From the NCBI GenBank assembly GCA_964016885.1, contig OZ024760.1, positions 28,892,001 to 28,956,000 on the forward strand: a stretch of 64,000 bases of DNA, written 5' to 3'. The notes beneath the pieces were generated by a model. The model did not search any database, was not told the origin of the DNA, and saw nothing but the letters and a program-made list of their open reading frames with translations. Every line of letters begins with the position of its first letter. Position 1 is the first letter of the stretch. The translations under genes were made by a program, and so were the position numbers. Source of the DNA: Eledone cirrhosa. Taxonomy: Eukaryota. This document shows positions 55,135 to 64,000 of this stretch, piece after piece.

Positions 55135-55490
55135 CAGGCCGAAACAAATGAGATCGTGTAGACACAGTCCACGCTGTAATGTGGTCGTGTAGGCAACATG
55201 GTAAAAACCTCCCAGCCCCACACTGTAAATGTGGTTGGTGTTAGGAAGGGCATCCAGCTGTAGAAAACCTGCCAGACAGTCCGCGCTGTAATGTAGCCGT
55301 GTAGGCAACACGGTAAAAACCTCCCAGCCCCACACTGTAAATGTGGTTGGTGTTAGGAAGGGCATCCAGCTGTAGAAAACCCGCCAGACAGTCCTATGTG
55401 AGCAGGATAATCACTCTTGCCTCAAGTGGGAAAACCCCCGTCCAAACCCATGCAAGCGTGGAACACGGACGTTAAACGTTGATGATGATA
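55135..55490 (+). mobile_element. RTE (R3) 3' UTR fragment
   Basis: Reverse complement of the 32107-32665 region with fewer internal modules. Confidence 0.85.
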
Positions 55491-55825
55491 TATATATATA
55501 TTTATTAATTAAAATAACAGATTAAAGTTTAAGCAAAGAATCGCTGCTTTCACCCTTAACGGGATCTTCTTATATATTTGATATATATTTATCCTTATCG
55601 AGCCCTCTTTGGATTTTAGTCTTCAAATTTATTATTATTACTATTATTATTACTATATATATATATACATATATATAAATATATATATATATATATACGT
55701 TATTCCGGGTTGAATCGGAGGTAACCACAGTAAGTAAGGTACTCAATACATAGCAGAGTATAACAGTTTTAATATAGATGAGATTCTACAGGACTAGAAC
55801 TGTTTCATTCATTTGAAATCATCAG

Positions 55826-55874
55826 GATTCCTGATGATTTCAAATGAATGAAACAGTTCTAGTCCTGTAGAATC
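55826..55874 (+). ncRNA. Type I hammerhead ribozyme (family B) in fold-back 55774-55884
   Basis: GATTC-CTGATGA-TTTC aaat GAAT-GAAA-CAG ttctagtc CTG-TA-GAATC. Confidence 0.8.
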
Positions 55875-55877
55875 TCA

Positions 55878-55953
<76 letters not shown>

Positions 55954-56004
55954 CACCATATATGAATATATACAATATCAATGTATATATACACTATACA
56001 CTAT

Positions 56005-56281
56005 ATCATCATCATCATCATCATTATTTTACGTCCGCTTTTCCCTGCTTGCAAGTGTGGGATGGGTCCTATTCAGCACAGCATCTCTCCACTTTTCACA
56101 GTATTTTGTCATCTCCACCGTGAGCTTTAGCAATCTGAGGTCCGCTCTCACCACCTCCAGCCATGTTTTTCGTGGTCTTCCTCTACTGCGTCTTCCTTCC
56201 ACTGGGATTTCTCGGCACTTCATTACCCAGCGGTCATTCTTCATGTGCATCACCAGTCTATACGAATGCAGTCTTCTCTCC
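56005..56281 (-). mobile_element. RTE (R1) 3' fragment
   Basis: ERRLHSY...GRRSRGRPRKTW...REKRT. Confidence 0.9.
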
Positions 56282-56353
56282 ACTTATACACACACACATA
56301 TATATATATATACTTTATAAATAACAATCAAAGAGTGTTTAATAACATTTAAT

Positions 56354-56400
56354 TACTAACAATCGTTTCATCCAAGCACATGGCCCAAATCATCAGAGTA
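56354..56400 (-). ncRNA. Type I hammerhead ribozyme in fold-back 56310-56474
   Basis: Reverse strand TACT-CTGATGA-TTTGGGC catgt GCTTGGAT-GAAA-CGATTG-TT-AGTA. Confidence 0.75.
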
Positions 56401-56567
56401 TAAATCGAAAGTTAGAACACAAATCGTTAGTAATTAAATGTTATTAAACACTTGGATTGTTATTTATAAAGTATTCTGGCTCTGTATTATATTTGTTATT
56501 TTACATTGAGCTGGTAATTTACATTTTACATCATGCTGGTAATTGGATAATATTTAATATTACCCAC

Positions 56568-56609
<42 letters not shown>

Positions 56610-56668
56610 CAAGGCTCTGATACCATCAACACTATACACACAGAGCTGGCATATCTAAGAAGTGACTA

Positions 56669-56724
56669 ACTGCCTGATGAGGTCATAGCCATTCAATGGC
56701 TATCATCGAAATATATATAGCAGT
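56669..56724 (+). ncRNA. Type I hammerhead ribozyme, unpaired copy
   Basis: ACTGC-CTGATGA-GGTCATAGCCAT tca ATGGCTATCATC-GAAA-TATATA-TA-GCAGT, then AATAAA. Confidence 0.9.
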
Positions 56725-56927
56725 AAATAAAGGATTATGAGTTCATGCAATTGACTTATGTTTCGTCACTATATATATATATATAAATACAATTATATAT
56801 ATATATATATATATATACAATTATATATATATATATATATACAATTATATATATACATATAAACTTCAAGTTGAGAAACTGCAAGTCAAAATACATAGTC
56901 TACACAATTAGTGAGTTAGTGAATATA

Positions 56928-57080
56928 ATTGTTTCTACTTTTGGCACAAGGCTAGCAAATACCCAGTGTATAACTGGTACTTTATTTTATTGACTCCGTA
57001 AGGATGAAAGGCAAAGTTAACCTCGGCTGGATTTGAACTCAGACCTTAAAGGGCCGTAACTCTGCCAAATCACTGCCCTG
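56928..57080 (-). mobile_element. S2 SINE with internal deletion
   Basis: Matches 914-1095. Confidence 0.8.
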
Positions 57081-57344
57081 AGTTAGTAAATATAATGGCA
57101 GCGTTTTGGTAATGATACCTCCATATCTATCTCCTTTTATATATAATATAAAAACAACTGATGATTGGAGGGGTCAGTATAATTAAATAATCACCAATAA
57201 TGTAATTTGCTTCAGAATGATAAAACCCTATGAAACTCAAAGTATTTTTGAAGGTAAAAATGTGAATAAAAATATAGAAATATACACACTTGTGTGTATA
57301 TCCATATATATAATAATTGTTTTTCTCAATTTTTCTCATTTCAG

Positions 57345-57479
57345 TTAAACACTGATTGGACCCAAATCGAGGTCATAGATTTGGTTAACGATGGCACTGG
57401 ATTGGGGTTTGGAATCTTTGGGGGCAAGAGCACTGGTGTTGTGGTTAAAACCATTTTACCTGGTGGTGTCGCTGACAAC
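57345..57479 (+). CDS. Patj/MPDZ: Coding exon of a PATJ/MPDZ-family multi-PDZ protein (start of a PDZ domain)
   Basis: Polypyrimidine tract plus TTTCAG|, 45 codons [45 protein letters not shown], then |GTAAGT. Has the GLGF loop and resembles MPDZ/PATJ PDZ2 as I recall it. Phase 0/0. Confidence 0.9.
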
Positions 57480-57547
57480 GTAAGTACACACCTTTCTATA
57501 ATTACTCCTTTTGATAACTTAGAAAAAAAAGAAGAAATATATATATT

Positions 57548-57988
57548 GAAAGCGCATGACTTAGTGGTTAGAGCATTGGGCTTGCAATCGAAAGGTTGTG
57601 AATTCAATTCTCATACTGGGTGATGTGTTGTTTCCTTGAGCAAGACACTTTATTTCACATTGCTCCAGTTTACTCAGCTGTAGAAATGAGATGATAGGGA
57701 CTGGAGTCCCTATCATTCCACTGCAACGTGGTCGTGGAGGTGCCATGGCAAAAAAAGCACCCAGCCCACACTGTAAAGTGGACGTGTAGGCGTCACGGAA
57801 AAAAAGCACCCAGCACTCACTGTAAATGAGGTTGGTGTAAGGAAGGGCATCCAGCTGTAGAAATCAAGCCAGAATCAGTTCGCGTATGAGCAAGACAAGA
57901 TCAGCCGACCGGACACTGCCCACAACAGGACAACCCGTCTAACCCAAGCTAGCGTGGAAGAATGGACGTAAAACAGTGATGATGATGA
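57548..57988 (+). mobile_element. CORE-type SINE S1, long-tail variant
   Basis: S1 head and CORE domain joined to the complete R2 LINE 3' UTR (compare 12603-12872). Confidence 0.9.
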
Positions 57989-58383
57989 TATATATATAAT
58001 TTTGAGTATGTGTTGGTTGTTTACCGACACTTCAGTAAACACTCAGTGCACAGTAAGAATGGACATAGATGTTGAGATATCAAATATAAATCAATATTAG
58101 TCCATTAAAGATAAATAAATGTGTCAATATTATCATCAGAGCCTAAAAAAAAATTTGTTATAACATATTAACTCATAAATTGAAGCATATCACCGAAGTG
58201 AAAGACCTACTATATATATATATATATCCAGGGAGTGTAACTTGGAGTAACTGTAGGTTCACCCGGGTGAGCACTCGATGTTTAGGTTCACTTCAGTGTC
58301 GAGGTGTAGAGCTAGACAGAGTGTATTATAGTGAAATAAGATAACAAGGATGATTGGTTACTCCTTCATTACAATTATTGGTT

Positions 58384-58468
58384 GGTGACGCGCGTTTCGC
58401 CAATGATCAGCTTAAGGTTCGATCTGTATCAATCTGACCCGACTCTATAATCCGCAGCTCCTCAGACC
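58384..58468 (-). ncRNA. Type I hammerhead with about 60-nt helix II domain (family D element 58228-58532)
   Basis: Reverse strand GGT-CTGAGGA-GC...GC-GAAA-CGCGCG-TC-ACC. Confidence 0.72.
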
Positions 58469-58569
58469 CCTTATAAGGAGTAACCACTCGTAATGAAGGT
58501 GTAGCCAATCGTCCTTGTTATTTTATTTCACTATATATATATACACACACACACATATATATATCTATA

Positions 58570-58603
<34 letters not shown>

Positions 58604-58609
58604 TATATA

Positions 58610-58984
58610 TATAATAAAATAACAGGAGGCTGGACTTGTGTAAATCCTTGAAAGGTTTATTATACTATGATCATTTCAATGACCGGGTTCTTTATGAATC
58701 CGGTGATATCATCAAGTATTCGAAATATATTTCAAATACCTGATGATATCACCAGATTCATACGGAACCCGGTCATTGAAATGATCATAGTATAATAAAC
58801 CTTTCAAGGATTTACACAAGTCCAGCCTCCTGTTATTTTATTATAATAATTAACTCCGTACTCGCACCACCAACTACACAAACGAAGACGGTTGAGCTGC
58901 TTTACGTTGAGTACTCTCCATATTATTACATCAAGGTTGACCATACGGAATGACCAACTCTATCCAGTGGTGAACCTTCAAACC

Positions 58985-58987
<3 letters not shown>
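58610..58987. mobile_element. Fold-back pLTR-like element, about 110-bp arms
   Basis: Arms at 58610-58720 and 58735-58845, tail with GTTGAGTAC, flanked by (TA)n. Confidence 0.82.
58736..58793 (+). ncRNA. Type I hammerhead (mirror copy at 58662-58719, -, with C3U)
   Basis: ATAC-CTGATGA-TATCACC..GGTCATT-GAAA-TGATCA-TA-GTAT, then AATAAA. Confidence 0.83.
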
Positions 58988-59037
<50 letters not shown>

Positions 59038-59041
<4 letters not shown>

Positions 59042-59362
59042 GTTAGAGCATTGGCCTTGCAATCAAAAGGTTGTGGGTTCAATTCTCAGACCGGGTGATG
59101 TGTTGTTTTCTTGAGCAAGACACTTTATTTCACATTGCTCCAGTTTACTCAGCTGTAGAAATGAGATGATAGGGACTGGGGTCCATATCATTCCACTGCA
59201 AAGTGGTCGTGGAGGTGCCACGGCAAAAAAGCACCCACCACTCACTGTAAATGAGGTTGTTGTTAGGAAGGGCATCCAGCTGTAGAAATCAAGCCAGAAT
59301 CAGTTCCTGTCCCACCCTTGCAAGCAGGGAAAAAGCGGACGTATAATGAAATGATGAAATGA
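59038..59362 (+). mobile_element. CORE-type SINE S1, slightly 5'-truncated
   Basis: Matches the S1 family. Confidence 0.88.
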
Positions 59363-59907
59363 TATATATATATATATATATATCAAAGGTAGAACTATAC
59401 TAACAATTCTTAAAGTAGTGAATTAAAATGCTAGTATGTAATTGACAGTTTTAAGAGAAAGGAATATCTCAATGCGTTTATATAATATATAAAGTTTTGA
59501 AGAAGAAGAGATATTAGTTTGGAAGAGAGGTTATACTTATAAATGTTGAGCAATTATAGACAAAGTTATTTAGGGAAAAATTATATTTCTTTCATAAAAA
59601 AAACCATATTTATTCTCTTACAATTGTTTCGAATGAGATATGGTCCTGGAATTATTAGAAATGTTGGTAAAATATGTTTCTTATAGTGATGTCAATCTAT
59701 AGATTTATTTCTATAAGGTCATAATTCACTTTGAGAGGAGAGAAAGACGTAGTCTGTAGTGAAACATTTGGATTGTCTTTAGCTTAGATTCCATATTTTA
59801 ACCCTGCATCTTAACCACAGTCTTTACTTCAACAGAAGACTTTTTTTTCTGGATTTAATATTTCTCACAATTCAATTGTGTTAACATTTTGCTTCAAAAT
59901 GTCGACA

Positions 59908-59947
<40 letters not shown>

Positions 59948-59953
<6 letters not shown>

Positions 59954-60036
59954 GTGTACCCCAAAAATATATAAATATATACTCACTTCAACAGCATTCT
60001 AATCAAAATGTGTATACATTTTTGAGGGACACTCTG
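59948..60036. mobile_element. Short Tc1/mariner-like MITE
   Basis: Imperfect terminal inverted repeats (AGGGTGT..CCCCAAAAAT / ATTTTTGAGGGACACTCTG) flanked by TA. Confidence 0.55.
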
Positions 60037-60304
60037 TATGTGTGTGTATACACACACACATACACACGCATTGTTGTGGTTATCTTTCAAATTAAAAAAA
60101 AGATGTATGTGTATATGTATGTACGTTTGTGTGTGTGTGTGCATGAGTGTGTGTGTGTGTGTATGAGTGTGTGTGTGTGTGTGTATGAGTGTGTGTGTGT
60201 TTAAGTTCTTACACTCATATCTTTATTTAAATTTAAAACATAAACTTACTTTTTATATCGCTGTGATCTCTTGAAGAGAATATTTTAATATTCAACCTCA
60301 TCTC

Positions 60305-61865
60305 AATCACCAACACTGTAACTACCACCATCACCACTACACTACCACCACCACTACTACCAACACTGTAACTACCACCATCACCACTACACAACCACCA
60401 CCACTACTACCAACACTGTAACTACCACCATCACCACTACACAACCACCACCACTATTGCCAACACTGCCACAACCACCACCACTATTGCCAACACTGCC
60501 ACAACCACCACCAACACTGTAACTACCACCACCACCACTACACAACCACCACCACTATTACTAACACTGTAACTACCACCACCACCACTACACAACCACC
60601 ACCACTACTACCAACACTGTAACTACCACCATCACCACTACACAACCACCACCACTACACAACCACCACCACTACCACCAACACTGTAACTACCACCATC
60701 ACCACTACACAACCACCACCACTACAACCATAACTACTATTGCCAACACTGCCAACACTGCCACAACCACCACCAACACTGTAACTACCACCATCACCAC
60801 TACACAACCACCACCACCACTACTACCAACACTGTAACTACCACCATCACCACTACACGACCACCACCACCACTACAACCATAACTACTATTGCCAACAC
60901 TGCCACAACCACCACCAACACTGCCACAACCACCACCAACACTGCCACTACCACCACCAACACTGCCACAACCACCACCAACACTGCCACAACCACCACC
61001 AACACTGCCACAACTACTACCAACACTGTAACTACCACCATCACCACTACACAACCACCACCAACACTGCCACAACTACCACCAACACTGTAACCACCAC
61101 CATCACCACTACACAACCACCACCACTACTACCATAACTACTATTGCCAACACTGCCACAACCACCACCAACACTGTAACTACCACCATCACCACTACAC
61201 AACCACTAACAACACTAACTACCACCACCATCACTACACAGCCACCACCAACACTGCCACTACCACCACCAACACTGTAACTACCACCATCACCACTACA
61301 CAACCACTACCACTACAACCATAACTACTATTGCCAACACTGCCACAGCCACCACCAACACTGTAACTACCACCATGACCACTACACAACCACTACCACT
61401 ACAACCATAACTACTATTGCCAACACTGCCACAGCCACCACCAACACTGTAACTACCACCATGACCACTACACAACCACTACCACTACAACCATAACTAC
61501 TATTGCCAACACTGCCACAGCCACCACCAACACTGCCACTACCACCACCAACACTGTAACTACCACCATGACCACTACACAACCACTACCACTACAACCA
61601 TAACTACTATTGCCAACACTGCCACAGCCACCACCAACACTGCCACTACCACCACCAACACTGTAACTACCACCATGACCACTACACAACCACTACCACT
61701 ACAACCATAACTACTATTGCCAACACTGCCACAACCACCACCAACACTGCCACTACCACCACCAACACTGCAACCACCACCATAACAGCTACTACCAACA
61801 CCACCACCAATACCAACACCACCACCACCATAACAGCTACTACCAACACCAACACCACCACCACT
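60305..61865. repeat. ACC-rich compound minisatellite
   Basis: CAACACTGTAACTACCACC and CAACACTGCCACAACCACC units. Confidence 0.93.
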
Positions 61866-62751
61866 CCCCCACATCACATAAATTATGTAAACAATGTCAA
61901 CAAATTTTATGGCTATTAATTTTAAATTATTTATATCTACCCCACCCCACACATCCTTCCTCGTATCCACCACCACCATCACACCCCTTCCTCGTATCCT
62001 CCACCATCACACCTCCTTCCTCGTCTCCCCCACCACCACACCCCCTTCCTTGTCTCCCCCACCACCACCCCCTTCCTCGTCTACCCCACCAATCCCCCTC
62101 CCCCACCCCGTTTTCTGGAAATTTCCTGATTTATTGGTTTTTAATATCTTCCTGAAATATATAAAATCTTGAAAATGTCAAAAATGATGTTTATATATAT
62201 GTGTGTGTGTGTGTCTGTTGATGTGTGTGTGTGTATGTTTGTGTGTATATGTGTGTGTATATGTGTGTATATGTGTGTCTCTTTATGTGTGTATATGTGT
62301 GTCTGTTTATGTGTGTATATGTGTGTCTGTTTATGTGTGTGTGTGTAGATGTGTGTTTATGTGAGTGTATATGTGAATGTGATGTTTGTATGTATGTATG
62401 TGTGTGTTTGTGTATGTGAGTGTATATGTATATGTGAGTGTGTGTGAATGTTTGTGTATATGTGAGTGTGTGAATGTGTGTGCGGATGTATGTATGTGTG
62501 TGAGTGTGTGTGTATGTATGTATGTGTGTGAGTGTGTTGTATTTGTGTCTACATGTACTAATATTGAATTTAGTAAACACATTTAAAATTTATATTATCA
62601 TCATCATCATCATCATCCTACGTCCATATATTCATGCCAGCATGGGTTGGACTATAAGTCCTAAGTTCAAATGCCTGCTACGGTCAACTTTACCTTTCAT
62701 CCTTATGGTATTCGATAAAATAAAGTGCCTGTAATTCACTGGGGGCGATTT

Positions 62752-63360
62752 CATCATCATCATTCGTCGACTACTGTCGAGATGACGGATCTCACTCTCA
62801 TGCCCCAGAATTCCCTGTCCCCCATCGCTGCCCCCAGGTCCTGTCTACTGATTCCCGTATCCCTAGAGATAACGTCAGGGAATGACAGCTTCCTACTCCC
62901 AGTCAGGCTGGAGTCAGGGTTCCAGAGCAAGAGAGCGGATATGATTTCATTGCTGGCACGGTGACAGTGGCCAGCAAATTGAGCTCTCCGGGATTTTAGA
63001 AGGGCAGAGGCTCGAGGGAGTTTGCCATAGATTTTAGACAAGGTGGGATGTCGTTTCCAGGATAGATTTTGCACTCTCATTAAGAGGCGGGTATATGTGC
63101 CATCCAATCTCCTCTCAAGTTGTGATGTTAGTGTCCAAGTTTCGGATCCATAAAGTAATATGGGCTTAATGGTTGCTTGGAATATTTCCAGTTTTAGCTT
63201 GTTGGTAAGTTGAGATGTCCATATGGCGTGCATGTCATTGCACGCTGACCATGCCATACCCTTCCTGGTTAGAAAATCTTTTTTGGAGGAGGAGATATAT
63301 GAGCCAAGATACTTGTAATCTTCCACCTGCTTAAGGGTGGTACCATTAAGGGTTCTGATG
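62752..63360 (-). mobile_element. 5'-truncated LINE of a distinct RTE-like family
   Basis: YKYLGS...LLYGSETW...LDGTYTRLL...FAGHCHR followed by a (GAT)n tail. Confidence 0.85.
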
Positions 63361-63429
63361 GGCTGTTTGGGGTCGATTTAATTGACTTGCCACTCTGCAC
63401 GAATTTCAGTCCCTATGCCTAAATCAAAA

Positions 63430-64000
63430 ACCATTATCATGAGGGTAGTAAATTGGCAGAATCAGTGGAGCGTTGGACGTTTTGTGGCATAGAGTTATTT
63501 CCCTTTACATTCTGAGTTCAAATCCTATTTAATTTAGCTTTACACTTCATCCTAACATACTGGGGTCGATTTAATAGACTTTGCCGTCCCCTTCAAATTG
63601 CTGGCCTTGTGCCGAAAGTAGAAACTTTTATTATTTGGACTGGCAGTATCGGTAGAGGGTCTGATGCCATCGTTACGGGATCGATAAAATAAAGTACCAG
63701 TAATACACTGGATAATTGCTGGCCTTGTGCCAAAAGTAGAAACAATTATTCGTCTTAGTTTTACTGCATTACTGAGCACTGCTCAGTGTTCCTAGGAGCT
63801 ATGCAGTGTTGTTTTTGGTGTTGTCGTTTGTATTGTATTGAAAATACACCATGCTTTGTGGCATAGAGTTAAGGCCCTTTGCGGTCTGAGTTCAAATCCC
63901 GCCGAGGTTAACTTTGCCTTTCATCCTTACGAGGTCGATAAAATAAAGTACCAGTCACGCAATGGAGTTGATTTAATTGACTTCCCCTCCCCCCCAAAAT
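63430..64000 (+). mobile_element. Cluster of S2 SINE copies and fragments
   Basis: Repeated A-box, B-box and central-domain matches. Confidence 0.8.

Noticed and set aside
58100-58145. Reverse-strand CTGATGA near 58131-58138
   Set aside because: No GAAA, helix III or helix I partner found.

Overview
AT-rich, microsatellite-saturated animal genomic DNA. The repeat inventory (tRNA-headed CORE-type SINE, a second tRNA-derived SINE, abundant RTE LINEs, long (TA)n/(CA)n tracts) suggests an octopod cephalopod, which is an inference. The only clear host coding sequence is one 135-nt exon (57345-57479, +) encoding the start of a PATJ/MPDZ-type PDZ domain, so most of the window is probably intron or upstream DNA of that gene. 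Nearly all long ORFs in the track are simple-repeat artefacts. Transposons include a near full-length RTE (about 32.1-36.45 kb, -) whose single frame is broken only by two TAG codons at expected Trp positions, many RTE fragments, two SINE families, two Helitron-type elements and a mariner-like MITE. The main hidden signal is a dense set of short, sequence-diverse elements inserted in (TA)n tracts, many as long fold-back inverted repeats. They carry type I hammerhead ribozyme motifs: about 10 with canonical cores and about 10 variant or decayed, mostly with palindromic helix III. They also share a downstream AATAAA and a TTGAG motif. An adjacent GIY-YIG-type fragment points to Penelope-like pseudo-LTR remnants. 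One fold-back element instead encloses a tRNA-like Pol III cassette. A 4.7-kb minisatellite appears to derive from an RTE ORF end. All structures were read by eye and none was computed or tested. Repeat boundaries are approximate.
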